Assembly (NCBI GenBank): GCA_002402375.1
Contig: DHFT01000039.1
Coordinates: 12,809-76,808, forward strand
Direction: 5' to 3'
DNA from: Elusimicrobia bacterium UBA4817
Lineage (GTDB): Bacteria; Elusimicrobiota; UBA8919
Length of the DNA stretch: 64,000 nt
In this document: one piece after another, positions 9,361 to 19,741 of the stretch
How positions within the stretch are numbered: the first letter of the stretch is position 1
Layout of the letters: each line of letters begins with the position of its first letter
Notes under the pieces: model-generated
What the model saw: the letters and a program-made list of their open reading frames with translations, nothing else
The model's database searches: none
Told to the model about the DNA's origin: nothing
Position numbers and translations under genes: made by a program

Positions 9361-9769
9361 AAAATCCCGTCTTTTTGCGGTTTTCCTTTTTTAGTGATTG
9401 CAGATGTTTGTTTTTTAGAATTTTTTCCTTTGCCCGTTTGGACCGTTTTCTTTTTTGCCGTCTTATCTTTTCTATTCTCTGTTGTTCCTTGCTTTTTATC
9501 CCAAGCAGCATCCGTTCAATTTTATCCGTCAGTATGCGTCTTGCAATAAAACGGTTCAATAACTGCGACCGTTCCCGCTGGCATTTTATTTCAATTCCGG
9601 TCGGAGTATGTTTCAGATAAACGCAAGTTGACACTTTGTTAAGATTTTGTCCGCCCTTGCCGCTTGACCGCAAAAATTTTTCTTCAATATCTTTTTCGTA
9701 TATGCCCAGTTTAAGCATTTTCTCTTCAAGCGATTTTTGTTTTTGCGAATTTATTCCGAGGTTAATCAT
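9353..9769 (-). CDS. arfB: alternative ribosome-rescue factor ArfB (GGQ-motif peptidyl-tRNA hydrolase)
   Basis: 'SSGKGGQNLNKVST' GGQ motif plus a highly basic C-terminal tail. Start moved to the internal ATG (MINLGINSQ…) forming an ATGA overlap with the upstream stop at 9766. Confidence 0.7.
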   Translation of the reverse strand: MINLGINSQKQKSLEEKMLKLGIYEKDIEEKFLRSSGKGGQNLNKVSTCVYLKHTPTGIEIKCQRERSQLLNRFIARRILTDKIERMLLGIKSKEQQRIEKIRRQKRKRSKRAKEKILKNKHLQSLKKENRKKTGFYE

Positions 9770-10138
9770 AATTTTAATTTTCCGATAATGTCGTCGGCAA
9801 TTCTCTGCGGTTTTAAGTTTGAATTGACGCATACAAGCGTGGTTTTTCCGGTGACGAGCATTCGTTTTGTCTCTTTTTCTTCAATTCTGTATGAGAGTTC
9901 CAGACGGGTGCCGGCAGCAGATTCAAGTTGTGTTTGAATAATAATTGTTTCGCCGTATCTTGCGGGTGATTTATAATCTAATTCGGCGTGTGCAACAACA
10001 AACAGAATTCCCTGTTCGGCGAGTTGTTTAACGCTTATGTCTTTTTCCAAAAACCACTCGGTTCTTGCCCTCTCAAAATATGTTAGGTAATTGGCATAAT
10101 AAACTAGGCCGCCGCAATCGGTGTCCTGATAATAAATT

Positions 10139-10149
<11 letters not shown>
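9766..10149 (-). CDS. YbgC/4HBT-family hotdog acyl-CoA thioesterase
   Basis: 127 aa; 'YYQDTDCGGLVYYANYLTYFERARTEWF' hotdog-fold thioesterase signature. Confidence 0.7.
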
Positions 10150-12632
<2,483 letters not shown>

Positions 12633-12639
12633 TGTGCAT

Positions 12640-13050
12640 TTATTTGATTTTTCGTTTTGCTTTTATTTTATCCAGAATACCGTTAACAAATTTTCCGGAT
12701 TCATCCGTGGAAAAATCTTTTGCAAGTTCTATTGCTTCGTTTATTACTGCCTTCGGGGGTGTAGAAAGAGCATAGAGCAGTTCGTAAGAAGCAAGTCGCA
12801 AAATTGCCCTATCAACGGCGGCCATTCTATCAATATCCCAATTTTCCGCCGTCTGTTTTAGCAGTTCGTTTATTTCATCAAGATTTGCAATCGTTCCGTC
12901 AATAAGTTCCTGCGCGAATGCAACAATGTCCTTATCATAATTTTTTGTCTGCCAGAACGCTTTTTCTGCTTCTGCTTTGGTCAATTTACAGACATCCACA
13001 GCGTAGAGTATTTGCATTGCGCATTCTCGCGATATTCTTCTTGAACCCAT
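12640..13050 (-). CDS. nusB: transcription antitermination factor NusB
   Basis: 136 aa; '[18 protein letters not shown]' NusB family; conserved ribH-nusB adjacency. Confidence 0.85.
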   Translation of the reverse strand: MGSRRISRECAMQILYAVDVCKLTKAEAEKAFWQTKNYDKDIVAFAQELIDGTIANLDEINELLKQTAENWDIDRMAAVDRAILRLASYELLYALSTPPKAVINEAIELAKDFSTDESGKFVNGILDKIKAKRKIK

Positions 13051-13097
13051 TTTTTTGCTCCATCAATTCATTCCCCGACGATATAAGAGACCCTTCA

Positions 13098-13130
13098 CTT
13101 CGTTCAGGGTGACACTGTTGAGAAAGTTCA
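13098..13130. repeat. perfect 12-bp-stem palindrome 'tgacactgttga-gaaag-tcaacagtgtca' (REP-like, GTGACAC family)
   Basis: Seen directly between the ribH stop and nusB start; followed by TTTTATT on the plus strand. Its arms share 'gacactg' with the hairpins at 47165..47250. Confidence 0.6.
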
Positions 13131-13136
13131 ACAGTG

Positions 13137-13604
13137 TCATTTTATTACAGTATTCAGATTTGCCATCTCTATTGCCGTCATTGCTGCCTCGGCGCCTTTG
13201 TTGCCGGATTTTGTCCCTGCCCGTTCAATTGCCTGCTCAAGATTATCCGTCGTAATAACTCCGAAAACCGCCGGCACGCCGGTTTTAAGTCCGGTTGATG
13301 CAATCCCTTTTGTTACCTCCGCTGCGATATAATCAAAATGCGGCGTGTCGCCTTTTATGACCGCGCCCAGACAAATCACAGCGTCATATTTTTTTGACGA
13401 TGCGAGTTTGTTTGCCGCAAACGGAATTTCAAAAGAGCCCGGCACCCAAACGATGTCCAGATTTTTTTCGTCGGCATCGTGCCGTTTAAGCGCATCCAAA
13501 CATCCGTCTAAAAGTTTGGAAGTGATGAATTCGTTGAACCTTGAAATCACAATTCCAAATTTCAATCCCTTTGCCACTAGTTTCCCTTCAAAAACCTTTC
13601 CCAT
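13137..13604 (-). CDS. ribH: 6,7-dimethyl-8-ribityllumazine synthase
   Basis: 155 aa; '[14 protein letters not shown]…[15 protein letters not shown]' lumazine synthase signature. Confidence 0.9.
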   Translation of the reverse strand: MGKVFEGKLVAKGLKFGIVISRFNEFITSKLLDGCLDALKRHDADEKNLDIVWVPGSFEIPFAANKLASSKKYDAVICLGAVIKGDTPHFDYIAAEVTKGIASTGLKTGVPAVFGVITTDNLEQAIERAGTKSGNKGAEAAMTAIEMANLNTVIK

Positions 13605-13708
13605 AACACCCCCATTTAACGGCTAACGGCGTGAGAAAGTGAAAAAGAGAGAAAGTAAGAAAGTTAAAACCTTTTTACCTTTTCACGCCTTTTGCCTTTT
13701 CTATTCTT

Positions 13709-14911
13709 TTATAGCAAATGTCCGCATTTTTCCTTTTTAGTTTTCAGGTATCTTTCTGCAAATTTTGATTTAGGTTTTATTTTTATAGGGAGCCGGTTTA
13801 CAACTTTTAGTCCGTAGCCCTCAAGTCCGATAATCTTTTTCGGGTTGTTGGTTAAAAGTTTTATGGTTGAAAGCCCTAAATCTACAAGTATCTGCGCACC
13901 TATTCCGTAATCCCGTAAATCAGGTTTGAAACCCAGTTGTATATTTGCTTCCACGGTGTCATAACCCCTGTCTTGTAATTCATATGCTTTTATTTTATTC
14001 AGTAATCCGATACCTCTTCCCTCCTGATGCATATATAATAAAACGCCGGTTCCTTGTTTTTGGATGATCTGCATTGATTTTTCCAACTGTTCGCCGCAAT
14101 CGCACCGCAGCGAATGAAAAGCGTCGCCGGTTAAACAGGATGAATGCACTCTGACAATAACATTTTTTTTATTTTTGATATCTCCTTTTACCATCGCCAG
14201 ATGATTTTCTTTTTTTAATTTATCCTGATATAAGTGAAGTATGAAATTGCCGTATCTCGTAGGAAAGTTTGGAATCGTTACTATTTTTTCAACAAGTTTT
14301 TCCGTCTGCCGTCTGTATTCAATAATCTGTGCTATTGTAATTATTTTTAATTTATGTTTTTTTGAGAATTTTAGAAGTTGCGTCATTCTTGCCATAGTCC
14401 CGTCTTCGTTCATTATTTCGCAAATTACGCTTGACGGATAAAGCCCTGAAATTTTTGCCATATCCACGCCGGATTCCGTATGTCCCGCTCTGACCAGCAC
14501 TCCGCCTTCTTTATAACGCAGCGGAAAAATATGCCCCGGTTTTATTAAGTCGTCCGGTTTCGTTTTAGGATTAATAATTGTTTTAACCGTCTGCGCCCTG
14601 TCGTGTGCCGAAATGCCGGTGGTTATTCCTTTTTTTGAGTCAACCGAGACGGTGAATGCGGCTTCCTTTACTTCAAGTCCGCTTGTTACCATCGGATGAA
14701 GTTCCAACTCGTCAAGTCGTTTTCCTTCCATAGCAATGCATATTAAACCCCGTCCTTCCTTCGCCATAAAATTTATTTTTTCAGGAGTGATTTTTTCGGA
14801 AGCATAAACTATATCGCCTTCATTTTCCCTTGCCGGGTCGTCAACGATTATAACTGCTTTGCCTTTTTTGAAATCTTTTATCGCTTCTTTAATATCAGAA
14901 AATTCAATCAT
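13709..14911 (-). CDS. ribBA: bifunctional 3,4-dihydroxy-2-butanone-4-phosphate synthase / GTP cyclohydrolase II
   Basis: 400 aa; DHBP synthase N-terminal half (DDPARENEGD) and GTP cyclohydrolase II C-terminal half (Cys cluster 'CLTGDAFHSLRCDCG'). Confidence 0.95.
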   Translation of the reverse strand: MIEFSDIKEAIKDFKKGKAVIIVDDPARENEGDIVYASEKITPEKINFMAKEGRGLICIAMEGKRLDELELHPMVTSGLEVKEAAFTVSVDSKKGITTGISAHDRAQTVKTIINPKTKPDDLIKPGHIFPLRYKEGGVLVRAGHTESGVDMAKISGLYPSSVICEIMNEDGTMARMTQLLKFSKKHKLKIITIAQIIEYRRQTEKLVEKIVTIPNFPTRYGNFILHLYQDKLKKENHLAMVKGDIKNKKNVIVRVHSSCLTGDAFHSLRCDCGEQLEKSMQIIQKQGTGVLLYMHQEGRGIGLLNKIKAYELQDRGYDTVEANIQLGFKPDLRDYGIGAQILVDLGLSTIKLLTNNPKKIIGLEGYGLKVVNRLPIKIKPKSKFAERYLKTKKEKCGHLL

Positions 14912-15527
14912 AAAATCCCGCCTTTTTTAGAGTTTCAAGTGTTATTTTATTTTTTTCTTTTTGTTGCAAAACATATTTTGCAAGAATGTCGGTTTCCAAA
15001 TTAACGGTATCTCCGTTTTTTTTTTCTTTAAGTGTCGTGTTATTTAATGTATGAGGAATTATTGCCGTTGAAAATGAATTTGTTTTTTTTTCCGCTACCG
15101 TTAAACTGATTCCGTCAATAGCCACCGAACCCTTTTCTGCGATATATTTTGACAGATTTTCAGGTATTGAAAATTGCCAAATTTCCGAATTCCCCGATTT
15201 TTTTATTTTTAATATTTTTCCGGTTCCGTCAATGTGTCCCGTAACGAAATGTCCGCCTAATTTACCGTCGGATTTTAATGCTCTTTCAAGATTAATAATG
15301 CTTCCAATTTTTAATTCTCCCAAATTTGTTTTTTTTAAGGTTTCTTCGGAAATGTCAGCCGTGAACTCGTGAACTCGTGAACTCGCTAAATCGCTAACTG
15401 TCAAACAAATACCGCTAACACAAATACTGTCGCCAATGTTTATATCATCAAGTTTTGTCTCGACGGTAATTTGTGTTTTATTTATTTTTTTTACAGTTCC
15501 TAAATCTTCAATTATTCCAGTGAACAT
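14904..15527 (-). CDS. ribE: riboflavin synthase alpha subunit
   Basis: 'MFTGIIEDLGTV' N-terminus and the internal duplicated lumazine-binding repeat. Start moved to the internal ATG. Confidence 0.9.
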   Translation of the reverse strand: MFTGIIEDLGTVKKINKTQITVETKLDDINIGDSICVSGICLTVSDLASSRVHEFTADISEETLKKTNLGELKIGSIINLERALKSDGKLGGHFVTGHIDGTGKILKIKKSGNSEIWQFSIPENLSKYIAEKGSVAIDGISLTVAEKKTNSFSTAIIPHTLNNTTLKEKKNGDTVNLETDILAKYVLQQKEKNKITLETLKKAGFYD

Positions 15528-15531
15528 AGTT

Positions 15532-16545
15532 TTACACAAAGAGCGGGTTTGAAAAAATCCAGGGTTTGAAGCCAAATTTTTTCAGATAACATTCGCATCT
15601 GTATACGCCGTTTCCTTCGGTTTTTACTACTAATGTATCAGAAAAACTTTCTGCGAACAAGTTTCCGTTTTTAATGATTTTTATTTTTGCCGCCCTTGGT
15701 ATTTTAACGGTTATTTTATCATTTTCCCTGTAAAATTGAAAGCCCCTTGCATTTGAAAAATAATCGTTTGAGATAAAAGATTTTCCGTTTTTTAATGCGT
15801 TGTGAATCTTTTCAATATCAGAATCATTTTTTGAAAACGGCTCATCTATCGTTATATGAGTTCGTATAGTTCTAAATGCAAAGTCAAACGGGAAAATCTT
15901 TAAGTTAATGCCCAAATACTTCCTGGTGCTTTCATGGTTGTCAATTTCCCCTATCCCGTATTTTTTATTCGCTTCGCTCACCCCCGATTGAAATCGGGGG
16001 CTACAAGTTATGTCATCCCATCTTCTGAGTGTTTCTTTTTTGGGACCTTTAAGAAAATGTGCCGGGAATAGATAACTCAAAAGTGCCGTCGGATAATTTT
16101 TCAATGTCTTCTGCCAGTCGGTCTGCAAATCCCATATACAAAAGCCGGTGTAATTTTTAACGTTCCAGTCATTCCATCGGTATGATTTTATATCAAACTT
16201 TTTGTTGCCCTCGTGGTCGGGATGTGCGATAAAACCGTACCCGCCCTGACGGTTCACTTCGTCAATATATTTTTGCGGATTATTTTCCTGTTTATCAACA
16301 ACAACTGCATTTTTTATGTCAAAAGCGAGATAATGATTATATCTGGGAGAAATTTCTTCCCCGACAATAACAAGGGTGTTTTTATGCCAGCCCTCGTATT
16401 TTTTTGCTTCAATTGAAAAATGGTCTGTTACGACGATGAAATCAAGTCCGCATCTGTTAGCCGATTCAATAATTTCCTCCGGTTTCCTGTGTCCGTCAAA
16501 CGAATAAAAGGAATGAATATGAATTGCCCCGCAGTAATCAAACAT
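15532..16545 (-). CDS. PHP-domain metal-dependent phosphoesterase, embedded in the rib operon
   Basis: 337 aa; 'AIHIHSFYSFDGH…FIVVTDH' PHP His motifs; overlaps ribD by 8 bp and sits 5 bp upstream of ribE. Confidence 0.7.
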   Translation of the reverse strand: MFDYCGAIHIHSFYSFDGHRKPEEIIESANRCGLDFIVVTDHFSIEAKKYEGWHKNTLVIVGEEISPRYNHYLAFDIKNAVVVDKQENNPQKYIDEVNRQGGYGFIAHPDHEGNKKFDIKSYRWNDWNVKNYTGFCIWDLQTDWQKTLKNYPTALLSYLFPAHFLKGPKKETLRRWDDITCSPRFQSGVSEANKKYGIGEIDNHESTRKYLGINLKIFPFDFAFRTIRTHITIDEPFSKNDSDIEKIHNALKNGKSFISNDYFSNARGFQFYRENDKITVKIPRAAKIKIIKNGNLFAESFSDTLVVKTEGNGVYRCECYLKKFGFKPWIFSNPLFV

Positions 16546-17608
16546 TTAAATATCCCTCAAACAAAAAATCTTCTTCTATTTTTTCTACAGATATATTTTT
16601 AACGTCCGCGGCATTTTTTACGTATTCCGTACTGTTAATAATTTTAGGACAGATAAAAAACATAATTTTATCAACTAATTTTTCTTTAAGAAATGATTTG
16701 GCAACCGTTTCTCCGCCTTCAACAATCAGCGACGAAATACTCATTTTGCCGAGTTTAACCAGCAATTTTTTAATATCCAGAAAATTGTTTTTTAATGGGA
16801 GTTCAATTATCCCTATACCCATTTTTTTAAGTTTTTCTTTTTTAACTCTGTTTGAATTTATTGATGTTGCAATTATCGTTTTTGACTTACCGTTTAGTAC
16901 ATTTGTACTAAATGGAATTTTTAATCCGGTATCAAGAATTACTCTGACAGGATTTTTTCCTTTTCCGTGTGATGTCAGTTTCGGGTTGTCTTTTAATACA
17001 GTATTTATTCCAACCAGTATAGCATCGGTTCGGCTTCGTAATTGATGAACGGTTTCTCTGGATTTTTCAGAACTGAGCCATTTTGAATCTCCGCTCTCCG
17101 TTTTTGTTTTACCGTCTAAAGAGTATGCCATTTTAAGAATTACAAAGGGCGTTTTTGTTTTGATGTATTTTATGTATGTCTCGTTTAATTTTTTTGCTTC
17201 TTTTTCCATCACACTCACTTTACACTTTACACCTTTCACTTTCAACTGTCTTATCCCTTTCCCGCCAACCGCCGGGTTCGGGTCTTTTGTTGCGATAACA
17301 ACTTTTTTTATGCCGCTATTTATTATCTGCGGTACACAAGGCGGAGTTTTTTTATTGTAATGACAGCATGGCTCCAAGTTAACATACATCGTCGCATCTT
17401 TCGGGTTTTTACATTTTTTTAATGCCTCAACTTCCGCATGTGGCCCGCCAAAATATTTATGATAACCTGTTGAAAGAATTTTTCCGTTTTTTACGATTAC
17501 ACAACCGACCATAGGATTCGGACTGACTTTACCTTGTCCTTTTTTAGCAAGTTTTATTACCAATTGCATAAATTTTCTGTCTTCGTCTGTGTAATCTGTT
17601 TTTTTCAT
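16538..17608 (-). CDS. ribD: bifunctional diaminohydroxyphosphoribosylaminopyrimidine deaminase / 5-amino-6-(5-phosphoribosylamino)uracil reductase
   Basis: 356 aa; CMP/dCMP-type deaminase 'HAEVEAL…PCCHY…PPC' N-terminus and RibD reductase C-terminal domain. Confidence 0.9.
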   Translation of the reverse strand: MKKTDYTDEDRKFMQLVIKLAKKGQGKVSPNPMVGCVIVKNGKILSTGYHKYFGGPHAEVEALKKCKNPKDATMYVNLEPCCHYNKKTPPCVPQIINSGIKKVVIATKDPNPAVGGKGIRQLKVKGVKCKVSVMEKEAKKLNETYIKYIKTKTPFVILKMAYSLDGKTKTESGDSKWLSSEKSRETVHQLRSRTDAILVGINTVLKDNPKLTSHGKGKNPVRVILDTGLKIPFSTNVLNGKSKTIIATSINSNRVKKEKLKKMGIGIIELPLKNNFLDIKKLLVKLGKMSISSLIVEGGETVAKSFLKEKLVDKIMFFICPKIINSTEYVKNAADVKNISVEKIEEDFLFEGYLNV

Positions 17609-17632
17609 CTGTGTAATTTGTGTTCTATAAAT

Positions 17633-17668
17633 AAAAAATCCCCAATTTGTCTTCGGGGTTTATTGGGC
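17633..17668 (-). terminator. intrinsic terminator (FMN riboswitch expression platform)
   Basis: Minus-strand 'CCCAATAAACCCCGAAGACAAATTGGGGATTTTTTATTT': G/C stem followed by a U-tract, immediately 3' of the FMN aptamer. Confidence 0.65.
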
Positions 17669-17701
17669 GAATAAATTCACCTTTACAAAAAACATATTAT
17701 A

Positions 17702-17843
17702 CTCTTCTATCATCCGGACTTTACCGTCGGTATCTGAATTTCACAGATTCGGTCCCGAACATTTTTAATAAAAAATGTGAGAGATTAGCGGACTTTTACC
17801 GCCGGTCGGGAATTCCTGTTTAGGTCACCCCACCCCGAAGAGT
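17702..17843 (-). promoter_or_regulatory. FMN riboswitch (RFN element) leading the rib operon
   Basis: The minus strand reads 'CTCTTCGGGGTGGGGTGACCTAAACAGGAATTCCCGACCGGCGGTAAAAGTCCGC…GGGACCGAATCTGTGAAATTCAGATACCGACGGTAAAGTCCGGATGATAGAAGAG', matching the RFN consensus blocks GGGG(C/T)GGGTGAAATTCCC, GACCGGCGGTA.AAGTCCGC and CCGACGGTAAAGTCCGGATG. Confidence 0.85.
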
Positions 17844-17849
17844 AATGTA

Positions 17850-17877
17850 ATTATACAAAAAATAAAATAAATGTCAA
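17850..17877 (-). promoter_or_regulatory. sigma70-type promoter (TTGACA-N16-TATAAT) for the FMN riboswitch / rib operon
   Basis: The minus strand reads TTGACA, 16 nt, TATAAT, ending about 7 nt before the aptamer 5' end. Confidence 0.5.
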
Positions 17878-18797
17878 TTAAATTTTTTGGAAAAAGAAAT
17901 ATAAGTGGTTCTGTCAAACACGCTGTTGACGGCACTTGCAAAATCAAATCCGAAATCCTTCCATAGTATTCCGATCCCGAAATTTGTTCCGTTAATTTTT
18001 CCCGCTTTGTTGAGATATCCGCCTCTTAAAAAAAGCCAGTTGAGGTAAGAGTACTCGCCGCTGAATCTCGGACGGAATATATCATCTTTTTCCCGTAAAA
18101 AATCAAAAGATACGTCAAAATTATTTTCGCGGTTATTTAACAGGGTATATGACAGTCCGCATCGGACGGAACTTGGCAGGTCGTCTTTTACAGGGTCGTT
18201 GGAATAAATGACCTTTGTTCCGAAATTTTCGCCGGAAAATCCGAGTTTAAGATTTCTTACAAAATCAACTTTATATAAAATTCCGAAATCAATTGCTTGG
18301 GCGTTCCCGATAGTTTTTCCAAAAATGGGATTTTTTTCATATCTGTAAATGTATTTTAGATTTATTCCGAAGGAGAGATTGTGAAAAAGATTTCTTCCAT
18401 AGGCGACAGAAAACGCCCAGTCGTTCCATATCAGTTCGCCCATATCGTAGTTAAATTCGTCGGTAACGGGTATCGGGGTAATTCTGTAACTTAATATGCC
18501 GATAGCCATGGCGCCATGTTTTTTTAGCGACAACAGTCCGCCGAGATACTGCATAACGGCATCGCCTTGAGGCGCCGGCGAATGGGAAAAAGTTATTTCG
18601 CTTTCCGAATCCGCAATGCCTGCCGGATTATGAAAAAATGATGATGCGTCTAATTTTGTTGCGGCGGATGTTTCAGCTAAAGAAATTATTCTTGCGCCTC
18701 CTGCCAGTTTCAGAAAATCGGCGCCGGTGTGAGTGGAAGCGTAGAGGCAATTAAAAATTAAAAATGGAAAATTAAAAATTAAAATGATTGTTTTCAT
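17874..18797 (-). CDS. FadL/PorV/PorQ-like outer-membrane beta-barrel protein (T9SS-associated?)
   Basis: 307 aa, signal peptide, N-terminal 'GADFLKLAGGARIISLAETSAATKLDASSFFHNPAGIA' FadL/PorV-like motif, alternating beta-strand pattern; tandem paralogue of the next gene. Confidence 0.5.
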   Translation of the reverse strand: MKTIILIFNFPFLIFNCLYASTHTGADFLKLAGGARIISLAETSAATKLDASSFFHNPAGIADSESEITFSHSPAPQGDAVMQYLGGLLSLKKHGAMAIGILSYRITPIPVTDEFNYDMGELIWNDWAFSVAYGRNLFHNLSFGINLKYIYRYEKNPIFGKTIGNAQAIDFGILYKVDFVRNLKLGFSGENFGTKVIYSNDPVKDDLPSSVRCGLSYTLLNNRENNFDVSFDFLREKDDIFRPRFSGEYSYLNWLFLRGGYLNKAGKINGTNFGIGILWKDFGFDFASAVNSVFDRTTYISFSKKFN

Positions 18798-19741
18798 TAA
18801 AATTTGCAGTTCAGCGTAAATCTGTTAACGTCGGTCAATTTTTCATGTGAGGTGAATGAGTAGTCAATGGAGATTATTTTTGCCGAAAATCCCGCACCGA
18901 AAGAATAGTTCTGCAATGTTGTATATCCCGCCCGCAGTTTGAAATTTTTGACGGCGTTAAGTTCAACTCCCAAATTACCGTTCAAGATATTTTCTCTCTG
19001 TCTAACCCCGTCAACGGACAAAAGCAGTTTATCAAAATTCCTGCTTATTCCCAGTCGCAATTCCGACGGTAAAACGTCCTTTTCGCCGCCGAATGAAATT
19101 TTACTGCCTACATTTCTTATACAAAAACCGAAATCAAAAGGCAGGTTGTAGCCGGAATATAATAATCCCAAATCCGCCGCAATTGCCGTTGCCGATTCCC
19201 CTGCCAGTTTCTCGTTCAGATATTTTACGGTTATTCCTGCATCCAAAGGATAGATTTTTCTTGCGTAGGAAATACCGGCGACCGCGTCGCTGTTTAAGAA
19301 TTCGTCCCGTCCTATTCCGCGTTCATCTCTTTCAACATCTTTTGATGACAGATATTTTAATGTTATGCCGATGTTTCCTTTAATTTTTTGGATGTATGTT
19401 GAGAACTTCATATCCTCAAGATTGACATCTTCAAAATATTCCGAATGCGAAAAAGAAAAATTATAGTCGGGCAGGTTTGAAATTGCTGCGGGATTAAAAT
19501 CCAACGCTCCAAGATTTTCCGATAAGGATGTGACCGCTTCCGCCATGGCGGATGTTTTTGCCTCGGGGCTGATTCGTAGCAACAGTCCGGCAGATGTTCC
19601 GGTGTCAGAGGCAGAGAACAAAGTTAAAGGTATAAGGTTAAAGGTTAAAATAAAGCAGATGAAAAATGAAAAATGAAAAGTTGAAATTTTGGCAGTATTT
19701 AGACCTTTAACTTTTAATTTTAACCTTCTTTTTATTTTCAT
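18797..19741 (-). CDS. FadL/PorV/PorQ-like outer-membrane beta-barrel protein (paralogue)
   Basis: 314 aa, signal peptide, 'GTSAGLLLRISPEAKTSAMAEAVTSLSENLGALDFNPAAIS' motif, C-terminal Phe; start overlaps the downstream gene. Confidence 0.5.
   Translation of the reverse strand: MKIKRRLKLKVKGLNTAKISTFHFSFFICFILTFNLIPLTLFSASDTGTSAGLLLRISPEAKTSAMAEAVTSLSENLGALDFNPAAISNLPDYNFSFSHSEYFEDVNLEDMKFSTYIQKIKGNIGITLKYLSSKDVERDERGIGRDEFLNSDAVAGISYARKIYPLDAGITVKYLNEKLAGESATAIAADLGLLYSGYNLPFDFGFCIRNVGSKISFGGEKDVLPSELRLGISRNFDKLLLSVDGVRQRENILNGNLGVELNAVKNFKLRAGYTTLQNYSFGAGFSAKIISIDYSFTSHEKLTDVNRFTLNCKF

Noticed and set aside
9770-9832. ArfB start at 9832
   Set aside because: It would overlap the thioesterase gene by 67 bp. 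The internal ATG at 9769 gives a 4-bp ATGA stop/start overlap and a normal-length ArfB.
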